From assembly GCA_003245575.1 (NCBI GenBank), contig QKCR01000081.1:283-64282 (forward strand): a stretch of DNA of 64,000 nt, read 5' to 3'. The first letter of the stretch is position 1. The number at the start of each line of letters is the position of its first letter. A program made the position numbers and the translations under genes. The notes below the pieces were generated by a model. It was not told where the DNA came from. It saw only the letters and a program-made list of their open reading frames with translations, and did no database searches. Below, in pieces: positions 48,250 to 58,121 of this stretch. The DNA is from Alphaproteobacteria bacterium (GTDB lineage: Bacteria; Pseudomonadota; Alphaproteobacteria; Micavibrionales; Micavibrionaceae).

Positions 48250-48576
48250 AAGCTAAAGGTCTCCGCTTTTATGTGCGGAACTACCCTAGCGTCTCCGACG
48301 ATTTCTCGCAAGCACTCTCACAGCTTGTCTGGACTTGCTTGCGTGCACAAGAACCGCGCCAAAGGCGAGGCTTGCAACAATACCGCTGACCACTACAGTC
48401 ATAACCATCACGAAACGTCCTTTTTTGTTCGAAGGCCGCAAACGGCCCGCAGCCCGAAAGGGCTACATATACCAGAATAACAGGAATTCCCTGAAAATTT
48501 GGTTAAAAGCGCTTTGACAACGCTGTTTAAAAGACTAGTCTTTGGAAGCAGAAAATCAACATGCGAGAGGCTAGAA

Positions 48577-49917
48577 ATGACACAATCCGGTTTTGATATG
48601 ATTTTAAAAGGTGGAACTGTTGTTCTTCCGGGTAAAACCACACAGGCTGATGTCGGTGTTGTAAATGGTAAAATCGAAGCAATCGGTGATCTGTCCTCGG
48701 CTTCGGCCGCTGAAATAATCGACTGTAAAGGTCTGCATGTTTTGCCTGGCTTGATTGATACGCAGGTGCATTTTCGTGAACCCGGCGCGGATCATAAGGA
48801 AGTCCTTGAAACAGGCATGAAGGCAGCCGCCATGGGCGGGATTACAACAATCTTTGAAATGCCCAACACAAACCCGTTGACCACAACACCCGAAGCAATG
48901 GCGGATAAGCTTTCACGTGCTTCTAAGAATCCATGGGTAAACTATGCTTTTTATCTCGGCGGGACAGCCCAAAATGCGGCCAACTTGGGGGAATGGGAAA
49001 ATCTGGACGGTGTCTGCGGGATTAAAATTTTCATGGGCGCAAGCACAGGTGATCTTCTCTCTGCAACCGATGAAGAAGTAGGAGCAGTCCTCGCCAACGG
49101 CAAACGGGTTGTTGCTGTTCACGCCGAAGATGAAATGATGATGAACGAGAATAAGAAAACAATTCTCGGGGACAGTCATGACGTTACACTTCACCCGGTC
49201 TGGAGATCCGCGGAATCCTGCCTCTCAGCGACAACACGTCTGGTACGTCTGGCAAGGCAACATAATCGTCGTGTGCATGTGTTGCATATTACCACTGCAG
49301 AGGAAATGGAATTTCTCGCAAAGAATAAAGACATCGCAAGCGTTGAAGTTTTGGCCAACCACCTGACACTCTATGCACCCGATTGTTACGAGCAACTAGG
49401 ATCAAAGGCGCAGCAAAATCCACCGATCCGTGAGAAGAATCATCAGGATGCACTGTGGAAAGCGATTGCCAACGGAACAGTTGATATTCTGGCCTCCGAC
49501 CACGCGCCGCATACTTTGGAAGAAAAAGCGAAAGAATATCCGGCAAGTCCGAGTGGCACACCGGGTGTTCAGACACTAGTCCCTGTCATGCTCAATCACG
49601 TCAATAATGGGCGCCTGACACTCGAACGCCTTGTTGATTTGATGTGTTATGGCCCGCAAAGAATTCATAAAATTATTTGCAAAGGCCGTATTGCTCGCGG
49701 CTATGATGCCGACTTTTCAATCGTAGATTTAAAGAAAAAGGACACAATTACAAACGCTCAACAACTCTCTCGTGCGGGTTGGTCCCCCTTTGACGGAATG
49801 GAAATTACAGGTTGGCCCGTCATGACAATTATTGATGGCAAAATCGTCGCAGCCTTCGGAGCGTTAAAACAACCCGGAGTTGGAAAGCCTGTCAGGTTCG
49901 AGGAAAACCGCCACTAA
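48577..49917 (+). CDS. pyrC: Dihydroorotase (amidohydrolase, multifunctional-complex type)
   Basis: ATG at 48577 follows GAGAGG. Motifs GLIDTQVHFREPG (HxH), VHAED and ASDHAPH. Confidence 0.82.
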   Translation: MTQSGFDMILKGGTVVLPGKTTQADVGVVNGKIEAIGDLSSASAAEIIDCKGLHVLPGLIDTQVHFREPGADHKEVLETGMKAAAMGGITTIFEMPNTNPLTTTPEAMADKLSRASKNPWVNYAFYLGGTAQNAANLGEWENLDGVCGIKIFMGASTGDLLSATDEEVGAVLANGKRVVAVHAEDEMMMNENKKTILGDSHDVTLHPVWRSAESCLSATTRLVRLARQHNRRVHVLHITTAEEMEFLAKNKDIASVEVLANHLTLYAPDCYEQLGSKAQQNPPIREKNHQDALWKAIANGTVDILASDHAPHTLEEKAKEYPASPSGTPGVQTLVPVMLNHVNNGRLTLERLVDLMCYGPQRIHKIICKGRIARGYDADFSIVDLKKKDTITNAQQLSRAGWSPFDGMEITGWPVMTIIDGKIVAAFGALKQPGVGKPVRFEENRH

Positions 49918-50077
49918 AATATGAAATTTTAAAAGCAACATCCTGAAGAATTAGCAATAATCATAAATTGTCATATCCGAGATATATACGAAGTCTTAAT
50001 CATGCACGGGTATTCTGTAGTTTAGAGGTGTGTAAACTCCTCTGAAACACATTGACTGTGGGCGAGAAAAAAAGAAA

Positions 50078-52267
50078 ATGACAAGTCGTGTAGAAACACA
50101 ATATTCATCCGTGCCAAACACGGAGCAATTGGGGAGAAAATCAGGTTTGTTTTCCTGGGCTCAGACAAATAAAAAATCGACAAGTACCAGCATGTGGCGC
50201 AGCCGCCTGAGCTGGAAAATTGTAATGGCAGTGTTCTTGACCATCATGACGGTTCAGGCAACGCTTATGGCTCTAACATTAAAATCTTATCAGCAGGAAC
50301 AGCTGATGGATTTGAAAGAAGAAGCAAGGCGGACTCTTGTGACGGTCGCAAATGACAAGATGACCGATAGATTATTGCCGCCCTATACTGAAACACAAAT
50401 TAATCGTCTGGTGTCCTTTACCTCTGTTTCCGGTTTGGCAGTCTATAATATTGACTATCAACTGTTGGGAATAGGTGGTGAAAACGTCATTACGACGCTT
50501 TATTCCGAATCCGATCTGCCGAAAACATATCTCAGTGCAGATAGAAAAAATTACGAAGTTGTTCTTCGTCCGAAAGATCTGGATGGGCTGCCTTACTTTA
50601 TAGTAGCACGTCTGGATGCATCAAAAGCTGCGGCAAATGTCGCTTTCTATGTCAGACAAAACATTCTGATTATGTTCCTGATGTCTGCTCTTGTGACTAC
50701 TGTTTTAATGATTGCGCTTGGTAAATGGTTGTTGGAACCAATCCTGTTTATGCGCGACAATGTGTTGATGGCAATTTCCAACCCAGAATCTCCGAACATC
50801 GAACGCTCTCCTTATGACGAGAAGGATGAAGTCGGCGGAACGATCGCTGCTGCACAAGAATTGATTAAACAAAATGCGAAGAACATTCGCCAAGTCAAGA
50901 GTGCGGCTCAAAGCCAGATTCATAAGCTTGCGTTTTATGATACGTTGACGGGGCTTCCAAACAGAACACTCTTTATTCAAAAACTGGCAGAGCACGTTAA
51001 ACACGCTGCCGAGAACCAGACGGAAATGCCACGTCTTGCTATTGTCGCATTCGACCTTGACCATTTTAAAGATATTAATGACTCAATGGGGCATAACGTT
51101 GGGGATGCTATTTTGAGTGCCGTCGGAAAAAGATTGCGAAACGCATTGCCGGAAAGCGCGATTGTAGCGAAATCCGGAGAAGATGAGTACGCAGTGACCT
51201 TCCCGCTGACTTCAGGTATAAGTGCCAAGGATGTCGGTGAAAAAGTGCGGGCTATAATTTCACATGAACCATTCCGCGTCTTTAATGAATCCTTCCAGGT
51301 CCGTGCGTCAATTGGTGTGGCAACATTCCCTGATGATGCGATTGATCCGGATCAGGTATTGAAAAATGCCGATATTGCCCTTAACCGTGCAAAAGAAGAC
51401 GGACGCGATTGTGTTCGTGAATATCTTGAAGACTTTGATAAGGCTGTTCAGGCACGTTTCCAGATGCTGCGCGACTTGAGAAGTGCTCTCGAGAACCAGG
51501 AACTGATGTTGTACTACCAACCACAGCTGGATCTTCGAACCGGCCGTGTTATCGGTGCCGAAGCTCTGATCCGTTGGTTCAAAAAAGACAACAGCAAAGA
51601 AGGCGGAAAGTTTATCTCCCCTGGCGAATTTATCCCGATTGCTGAGCAGTCAGGTTTGATCGTCCCTATCGGTGAGTGGGTTATGATGCACGCCTGTCAG
51701 GAAGCTAAGAGATGGCACGATAAAGGCAATATGATTCGTATCGCAGTCAACGTATCCGGTGAACAATTCCAGCAAAGTGACATTGTGGCCCATACCAAAA
51801 AGGTCATCGAGACAACAGGAATCAATCCGCACCTTCTGGAGCTTGAGGTCACGGAAAGTGCGTTTATGGAAGACATTCAACAGACCGTCAAAACTTTGAA
51901 AGAACTTCACTCTCTTGGTGTTGAACTGGCGATTGACGACTTTGGAACAGGCTATTCATCTCTGTCTTATCTACGCCAATTCCCGATTGACCGCTTGAAA
52001 ATTGACCAATCCTTTATCCGGAATGCTCTGAACAATGCGGATGATGCGGCGATTGCCAAAACCATTATCGGTTTGGGTCGCTCTCTGAACCTGAAAATTA
52101 TCGCGGAAGGTGTGGAAACAAAAGAACATGAAACATTCCTGATTGCAGAAGGATGTGATGAGGTTCAAGGATTCCGTTATTCCCGTCCGATACCGGATTA
52201 CCAGATTCAGGAATTCATCAGTAGCTATACAGGCAATCTGGATTATTTCGACGCCTCCGCTGCCTAA
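50078..52267 (+). CDS. Membrane-anchored GGDEF(degenerate)-EAL protein, probable c-di-GMP phosphodiesterase
   Basis: Two TM segments flank a periplasmic region. The GGDEF-domain A-site reads GEDEY (51176-51190). The EAL domain has EALIRW, DDFGTGYSSL and EGVE. Confidence 0.85.
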   Translation: MTSRVETQYSSVPNTEQLGRKSGLFSWAQTNKKSTSTSMWRSRLSWKIVMAVFLTIMTVQATLMALTLKSYQQEQLMDLKEEARRTLVTVANDKMTDRLLPPYTETQINRLVSFTSVSGLAVYNIDYQLLGIGGENVITTLYSESDLPKTYLSADRKNYEVVLRPKDLDGLPYFIVARLDASKAAANVAFYVRQNILIMFLMSALVTTVLMIALGKWLLEPILFMRDNVLMAISNPESPNIERSPYDEKDEVGGTIAAAQELIKQNAKNIRQVKSAAQSQIHKLAFYDTLTGLPNRTLFIQKLAEHVKHAAENQTEMPRLAIVAFDLDHFKDINDSMGHNVGDAILSAVGKRLRNALPESAIVAKSGEDEYAVTFPLTSGISAKDVGEKVRAIISHEPFRVFNESFQVRASIGVATFPDDAIDPDQVLKNADIALNRAKEDGRDCVREYLEDFDKAVQARFQMLRDLRSALENQELMLYYQPQLDLRTGRVIGAEALIRWFKKDNSKEGGKFISPGEFIPIAEQSGLIVPIGEWVMMHACQEAKRWHDKGNMIRIAVNVSGEQFQQSDIVAHTKKVIETTGINPHLLELEVTESAFMEDIQQTVKTLKELHSLGVELAIDDFGTGYSSLSYLRQFPIDRLKIDQSFIRNALNNADDAAIAKTIIGLGRSLNLKIIAEGVETKEHETFLIAEGCDEVQGFRYSRPIPDYQIQEFISSYTGNLDYFDASAA

Positions 52268-52398
52268 GCGGAGTCGTGATTTCTCAAGAGAATTTCATGA
52301 AAACATCTGTTTCCGAGACGGTCAACATCGGTTATGATACGCCCGCGTCCGGCATTGCTGGCGCATCGGCAGGTCAATTACTTTCAAGGACAGATAAC

Positions 52399-53328
52399 AT
52401 GGTATCCCGAACAACTCGCAAATCTTTTCTTATGCTGTCTTGCGCAGCATTGGTCGTTTTGGGGCAGATTGCAGGTGCGCTCGCCGCATCTGACACACAA
52501 CCGGCAATTCCGGCGCCTTTGCAGACAATGGTGGAAAAGGGAGCACAAATCAGATATTTGGGCCGCGAATTGGGTCTGGATGGCTGGGTAACTATTCAAG
52601 CCGGTGATGAGCAATATTTTTACTCGACACCCGATGGGCAAGGTCTCTTGATGGGAATTTTGTTCAATAATAAGGGCGACGCTGTGACGTTACACCAGAT
52701 CAACGCATTAAGAGATAAAGAGGGTCCTGCTATCGACCGTTTGGCAGGCTACGCGCCGACAGAAGAGCCTGCCCCAACAAGCGGTGCAGCCAGTTCATCA
52801 CCGACAGCGGCTTCATCTGCGCCAGATATGAGCAATCCGCAAGAAGTATTGCGCTCTGCTGCTAAATCCAAGGCTGAACAACTCTATGATTCAGTCCAGT
52901 CTGCAAACTGGATTCAACTAGGGGATAAATCTGCACCGGCCATATATACGTTTATTGATCCGGAATGCCCGCATTGCCACGATTTGATTGATGATTTCAG
53001 AAACTCAAGCTATCTCGACCGCGGATTAGTCCAGTTGCGCCTAATTCCTGTAGGAGTGCTGAGCGAGAAAAGTCTAGCGGAGGCAGCATATCTGATTGCA
53101 TCTCCAAATCCGCAAAAAGACCTGTTTAATCACCTGGACGGTAAAGAAAATGCGCTTTTGGTCGATAAAAACGCCAATACGCAGTCAGTTCAGCGAAATA
53201 TGCAGATCATGCAGGATTGGAAGCTGGACGTCACGCCATTTTCCGTATATAAGGATGTGAGCGGCAAAGTAAAAGTTTTACAGGGAAGACCTGATGACCT
53301 TAAGAAACTAATAGCAGAGTTGCGATAA
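52399..53328 (+). CDS. Periplasmic thioredoxin-fold thiol:disulfide isomerase (DsbC/DsbG/TrbB-like)
   Basis: The ATG at 52399 follows AAGGA and gives the signal peptide MVSRTTRKSFLMLSCAALVVLGQIAGALA. The N-terminal domain resembles the DsbC dimerisation domain. A Pro/Ser linker follows. The thioredoxin domain has CPHC (FIDPECPHCHDL). Confidence 0.7.
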   Translation: MVSRTTRKSFLMLSCAALVVLGQIAGALAASDTQPAIPAPLQTMVEKGAQIRYLGRELGLDGWVTIQAGDEQYFYSTPDGQGLLMGILFNNKGDAVTLHQINALRDKEGPAIDRLAGYAPTEEPAPTSGAASSSPTAASSAPDMSNPQEVLRSAAKSKAEQLYDSVQSANWIQLGDKSAPAIYTFIDPECPHCHDLIDDFRNSSYLDRGLVQLRLIPVGVLSEKSLAEAAYLIASPNPQKDLFNHLDGKENALLVDKNANTQSVQRNMQIMQDWKLDVTPFSVYKDVSGKVKVLQGRPDDLKKLIAELR

Positions 53329-53350
53329 AATAAAAATTGGGATAGAAGGC

Positions 53351-54370
53351 GTGTCCATGGAGCAACGTTCGGCATTCTTGTTACAAGTATTGGAAAAACT
53401 CGCAGCCCCTTTGGTGGCTGCGATCAGCGAAGTATCGGTTAGACAGCAAATGTCCCCCGATCCGGCGCAGCATGGCAGTCTCAAGCCTGAAGCCGAACAA
53501 GTGGCCGGTCTTTTGACCAAATCCACGCAAATGAGTATTTCCCTGACCGATTTTGTGGATATGAAACTCCCTGAAAACGAGGCAGATTCTCTTCGTTTGG
53601 CCCTGACATCTCTGGCATCTCCTATGATTGCCAACATCTATCGTTTGGCTGGGCGCGCACCGACAGATGCGGAAGTAGATCGCGTGACCTCGGCTTTAAA
53701 TGCCGTAATTAGCTATGCTGATGGCTTTACACCGGCTGCAGACGCCACAAGCCGCATGTCAAATCTGGAAAATGATTTTGCGCCAAGTGACCCGTCTCAA
53801 GTCAGTATCTTGTATATCAGTGCCTTGTTGCCTGCGATTAACTCGGTCATGTCTTATTCCTTTGGCGTGCCTGAGAAACGTCTCATTCAGGATGTGGGAG
53901 AGCGTCTGGTACGTGAAGCCAAAGTCCTGAGAACCCGCATGTTTCCAACGATGACAGACGAAATGATGTGCGCCAAGGCTGATCTGGCTTTGCTGCGGAT
54001 TGTCTCCTCCATCTATAGCCAATGCCACTTTGCTGAAATGGCCAAATTGATGGCAACCGAAGAACAAGTGCGCCAAGGTATGGCCCCTGCCATGACAAGC
54101 CTATGGCAGGCTTTTATTCTGCGTGTTCAAATGATCGAAGTTTTAGGAGATGTCCTGATTCCGGGTGAACGTGGAGAAGCAAGAAAAACCAATACATCAT
54201 CCGCTGGTGGTTCCGGTGCTGTAAAACCGAAAACCCCGTCTAAACCGTCTCCGATCTCCCAAATCGTTGAAAAATCAAAGACAAATACGGATACCACGAC
54301 AGAAAGTGACGATGGCTCTGGACAAAAGTCCGGTCCAATGTCATTTTTTGTTAAGAAAAATACGGCATAA
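53351..54370 (+). CDS. Hypothetical protein in the T4BSS neighbourhood
   Basis: GTG start, 339 aa and mostly helical. The tail is Ser/Thr/Lys-rich (KTNTSSAGGSGAVKPKTPSKPSP...). No signal peptide and no recognised family. Confidence 0.5.
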   Translation: MSMEQRSAFLLQVLEKLAAPLVAAISEVSVRQQMSPDPAQHGSLKPEAEQVAGLLTKSTQMSISLTDFVDMKLPENEADSLRLALTSLASPMIANIYRLAGRAPTDAEVDRVTSALNAVISYADGFTPAADATSRMSNLENDFAPSDPSQVSILYISALLPAINSVMSYSFGVPEKRLIQDVGERLVREAKVLRTRMFPTMTDEMMCAKADLALLRIVSSIYSQCHFAEMAKLMATEEQVRQGMAPAMTSLWQAFILRVQMIEVLGDVLIPGERGEARKTNTSSAGGSGAVKPKTPSKPSPISQIVEKSKTNTDTTTESDDGSGQKSGPMSFFVKKNTA

Positions 54371-54415
54371 AGGAATCTCCTAACCCGAAACGGGAAAGGA
54401 GAAAGGGTAGTCAAA

Positions 54416-54829
54416 ATGAGTAAAGTTCTGGCAGCGTGCCTGATGTTGGCCGCACAGACATATTCCGTACCTCCTGCGGTGATGGTTGGCATTCTTCAAG
54501 TTGAAGGTGGCAATATAGGCCAGCAGGTTCGGAACACGAATGGCTCATACGATCTCGGCCCGATGCAAATCAATACAGTTTGGGTTCCGCAGTTGGCTGA
54601 TTATTGGGGCGTTGACAATATCACTGCCGCGCGCTGGGTTCGGGATGATGCCTGTACCAATATGGGGGTTGCCGCATGGATATTGCGCTCCCACATGGAT
54701 GAAACGGGCTCCTTATCTCAGGCAATCGCCCATTACCACTCCCGAACACCAAGTAAAGGCTACGCATATCGGGCCAAAGTAATTGAGGCGATGCGTAAGA
54801 ATGGCCTTATCAAAAGTGCCTCCCGATAG
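54416..54829 (+). CDS. Lytic transglycosylase (SLT domain, VirB1/IagB-like specialised muramidase)
   Basis: 137 aa with a signal peptide. GILQVEGGN (catalytic Glu), DLGPMQIN and AIAHYHS motifs. Confidence 0.75.
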   Translation: MSKVLAACLMLAAQTYSVPPAVMVGILQVEGGNIGQQVRNTNGSYDLGPMQINTVWVPQLADYWGVDNITAARWVRDDACTNMGVAAWILRSHMDETGSLSQAIAHYHSRTPSKGYAYRAKVIEAMRKNGLIKSASR

Positions 54830-55000
54830 AAAAACGGGCAAATTCCGATTAATCATCTGGTTTTGATGAAAAATTCATTTATCATGTCGATTCTGACACG
54901 AAGACGCTTGTCTCGAGTCGGCTAAACCGCTAATGTGTTATGACTTTAGATCGCCGTAGGCGGTCATGCAGGATTTTTTGAAAAAGGGTGTATAGACACA

Positions 55001-55525
55001 ATGTTCCGTTCCGTTTTCTTTGCTTTTTCAATTTGTGTTGTTTCTTTGTCTTTATCGGCATGTGAAACAGCCTCACCGGTCAAAGTAAAAGACCCCCAAC
55101 TTGTTGCGCAACCTGATAAAGTGTCCATGATGCTGGCGCAGGCTGCGGATCGTGCATCCAATGCCCTTGAAACATTGGCGGCTGTTGAACAAAAAAGAAC
55201 CCCTGAAGCGAGTGTTGCAGCAATCGGAAATGTACCGACGGAATTGCGCCGCGCTGTTACAGTCAACTGGGTCGGTCCTGTTGATCCGATTACAAAAATG
55301 TTGGCTGATCGTGCAGGATATAGATTTGTTGAACTCGGCGCGAAGCCTGCAACTCCGGTTGTTGTTGATATTGCTGTAACCAACAAGCCAGTTATCGAAA
55401 TTTTGAGGTCAATCGGTTTGCAATTGGGACCTCGTGCAAACATCCATGTCAACTCGGCAGACAAAATTGTTGAGCTGAGCTATTCTCCGGTAACGGGATT
55501 GGGTGATGTAGCGCAAGGCTACTAG
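55001..55525 (+). CDS. dotD: DotD/TraH-like T4BSS outer-membrane lipoprotein
   Basis: Lipobox LSLSAC. The C-terminal domain VNWVGPVDPITKMLADRAGYRFVELGAKPATPVVVDIAVTNKPVIEILRSIGLQLG...VELSY fits the DotD/TraH pattern. It lies directly upstream of the dotC-like and dotB-like genes. Confidence 0.75.
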   Translation: MFRSVFFAFSICVVSLSLSACETASPVKVKDPQLVAQPDKVSMMLAQAADRASNALETLAAVEQKRTPEASVAAIGNVPTELRRAVTVNWVGPVDPITKMLADRAGYRFVELGAKPATPVVVDIAVTNKPVIEILRSIGLQLGPRANIHVNSADKIVELSYSPVTGLGDVAQGY

Positions 55526-55560
55526 AAATTTGAGACTGGGATAGAGTTGGGATCAAACAA

Positions 55561-56466
55561 ATGGCTTCGAATAACCTGAAAAAACATCAGAGCGAAAAGT
55601 CCACAAAATGGATGCTTGTTGCCCTCTCTTGCATCGGAGTTGCTTGCGCTGGCGCTCAAGCTCAAGCTGCGGCAACAGAACAATCCGCTGAACAATCTCA
55701 GGAACGTGATTACAATGCCGAGGCAACGGTTCCGAAGTCCATGGAACAATTGCAGGAAATCCCGGGATATGTAGAGCATGCAGGTCAAGAAGGCTTGCCG
55801 ATGGACATCAGAAAAGAAGCATTGGAAGAAGCAGCCCTCTCATACGGCGCGCGAGGCGGCTTGGCTGCGCGCAGCTATGAAATCCGTAAAGAGCTTGATG
55901 TGCGTGCTAACTACCTCGACAAGGTCTATAATTTCCGTCAATTGCTGATCGCGGCACCGTCTGGATTCATGATGGAGCCTCCGATCATTTCCGAATCTTT
56001 GAATGCGTTGTTGATTGAAGGCGATGGTCAATCCGCTGCCGTAACCGATGCAATCTACCGTATCCATGAAAATGTAAAAATCGTTTCCGCTCCAAGAAAC
56101 TGGAGAACCTATCTCGAAAGAGGTTGGGGTGAAGTCGAGGAACCACCTGAAATCTTGCGCCCGAAAAATGATGAAGAGCGTATGGAATGGCGTAAGAACG
56201 TCAAAAAAGGGTGGGCAGAAGGATACTCTCAAGCCAGTGAAGTTTTTGAAGAAGATTTGAACAGACTGGCCTCTGATTTTGACGGAATGGTCCGCTATAG
56301 AAAGCTTTTAGCTCAGGGAATGGTTTCGCCGCCGTTTGCTCAGCAAATTGATCGTGGTGTAACAGGTGAATCTGAAACAATGCGCGTGGGAGATCGTGCG
56401 GTTGTTATCACCGGAACACCTCAGCTCATCTCAGGATCTCAAGAATGGCAACCCGCAAGCCGGTAA
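55561..56466 (+). CDS. dotC: DotC/TraI-like T4BSS lipoprotein
   Basis: 301 aa with signal/lipobox LSCIGVAC. Conserved-looking blocks are GARGGLAARSYEI, YNFRQLLI, PPIISE, APRNWRTYL, GW.EGY.QA and DGMVRYRKLLAQGMVSPP. Size and position match DotC. Confidence 0.72.
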   Translation: MASNNLKKHQSEKSTKWMLVALSCIGVACAGAQAQAAATEQSAEQSQERDYNAEATVPKSMEQLQEIPGYVEHAGQEGLPMDIRKEALEEAALSYGARGGLAARSYEIRKELDVRANYLDKVYNFRQLLIAAPSGFMMEPPIISESLNALLIEGDGQSAAVTDAIYRIHENVKIVSAPRNWRTYLERGWGEVEEPPEILRPKNDEERMEWRKNVKKGWAEGYSQASEVFEEDLNRLASDFDGMVRYRKLLAQGMVSPPFAQQIDRGVTGESETMRVGDRAVVITGTPQLISGSQEWQPASR

Positions 56467-57605
56467 GTCTGGTCAAGGGGGATCAATCCCTCGTCGAAAC
56501 ATGGCCCGATGAACCTCACCGTTTTACTGAAGAACACGTTGATTCTTTTTTGCTCTATTGCGTCAAAAAAGGAGCATCGGATATTTCAATCCAGACAGAC
56601 CGCCCTGTTTATACAGAGGTGCACGGGGTCTTGTACCCGTCAACATATCGTCCGCTCGATGCGGCGGATATGAACGCTTTTCTGGTTAAGATTTATGGAC
56701 CTGATGCGTTGGCACGTCTGGCATCCGGAAAGGATTTGGACGTTTCATACGAAATTCGCCCTGATCGCTATTCCCGTTCCCGTTTTCGTGTGAACATCAC
56801 GGCTATTCTGGCACGTGGACGTGACGCGGCACAGATCACAATGCGTGTCATGCCTGCCGAGCCGCCTCGCATGGAAGATTTGAATATCGAGCGGCAAATC
56901 ATAGATAACTGGGCGCCGCGTCAGGGAATGGTTGTAATTACGGGGCCTACAGGTTCGGGTAAAACAACTTTGCTTGCTGCAGGAAATCGTATGTTGTTGG
57001 AGCGTCCGCACGGCTGCGGAAAAATGCTGACATACGAATCTCCGATCGAATTTGCGTATGACACAATCCATTCTCCGCGTTCGCTGGTGTCACAGACAGA
57101 AATCCCGCGTCACCTACCTGATTTTGCCGCAGGGGTCAGAAACGCTTTGCGTCGTAAACCTCAGATTATTCTGGTGGGTGAAGCGCGTGACCGTGAAACA
57201 ATTTCCGCAGCAATCGAGGCCGCACAAACTGGTCACGCCGTGTATACCACGACCCACACGACAGGTGTTGCATCGACAGTTCGTCGTATGATTTCTGCCT
57301 TTGAAAAACAGGAACGGACAGAACGTGCTTATGCGCTGATGGAAACGATGCGGATGATTGTAACGCAAGCACTTGTCCCCAAAGTCAATGGGGGGCGCGT
57401 CGGTGTCCGCGAATGGATGATTTTCCCGGACGAAGTGCGCGAAAAATTGCTGGATATGGATCCGGAACAATGGAGTGTGGAAATTCAAAGGATGATTCCG
57501 TTCTACGGTCAAACAATGAATAAATCCGCAACAATCATCTTCGAAAAAGGCATTATCGAGAAACGCTTCTACCTGCTCTTGACCGCAGGTGGTGGTGCTG
57601 GCTAA
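56445..57605 (+). CDS. dotB: DotB/TraJ-like T4BSS ATPase (PilT superfamily)
   Basis: Walker A GPTGSGKTT, Asp/His boxes LVGEARDRET and TGHAVYTTTHT, and an RFRVN block. 386 aa. It overlaps the dotC-like stop by 22 nt. Confidence 0.82.
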   Translation: MATRKPVSLVKGDQSLVETWPDEPHRFTEEHVDSFLLYCVKKGASDISIQTDRPVYTEVHGVLYPSTYRPLDAADMNAFLVKIYGPDALARLASGKDLDVSYEIRPDRYSRSRFRVNITAILARGRDAAQITMRVMPAEPPRMEDLNIERQIIDNWAPRQGMVVITGPTGSGKTTLLAAGNRMLLERPHGCGKMLTYESPIEFAYDTIHSPRSLVSQTEIPRHLPDFAAGVRNALRRKPQIILVGEARDRETISAAIEAAQTGHAVYTTTHTTGVASTVRRMISAFEKQERTERAYALMETMRMIVTQALVPKVNGGRVGVREWMIFPDEVREKLLDMDPEQWSVEIQRMIPFYGQTMNKSATIIFEKGIIEKRFYLLLTAGGGAG

Positions 57606-57669
57606 CCTTCAAGGGACTAAAAGTCTGTATATTAACCTTTCACATAGGATTTCGGGATAAACTCCTTTA

Positions 57670-57972
57670 ATGGCTAATCAGATTGCAGATATTCAGGAAC
57701 AGGTAAATTGGCATTGGAGAAACTCCATGCGCCCTGTCCGTTTCTTTGGATTTGACGTCCGCGCGATTATCCCATTTTGCGTCCTATTGTTCTATGCACG
57801 CCTCTCGACATTAATTATCTGTCTGATCGTAACGGTGTTTTTCTGGTTGTTGGAGAAAAAAGGTCTGACTTTCCCTGCAGCGTTACGCTCATCCCGACTA
57901 TTCTTTTTTGGAAATTATCGCCCCGGCCTAACCAAATTCCGCCACAGGAAGCTGAAAGACTACGGTCGTTAA
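57670..57972 (+). CDS. icmT: IcmT/TraK-like small inner-membrane T4BSS protein
   Basis: 100 aa. WHWRNSMRPVRFFGFDVRAIIPF followed by two hydrophobic helices matches the IcmT/TraK pattern (HWR.S.r..rFf..D.Ra..P). Confidence 0.75.
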   Translation: MANQIADIQEQVNWHWRNSMRPVRFFGFDVRAIIPFCVLLFYARLSTLIICLIVTVFFWLLEKKGLTFPAALRSSRLFFFGNYRPGLTKFRHRKLKDYGR

Positions 57973-58121
57973 CGGAAAATTCGGGGGGAACCCGTCCCGT
58001 TAGAGCGAAAAGCCTGTGGGAGAGGGGATTTTCATGACATTGTTTCTTGAGTTTTCCTCAGACCAACCTTATGGTGGGAGCTACGGAAATTTAGGGTTTT
58101 ATACATGGTAAGCTGGAGTGA

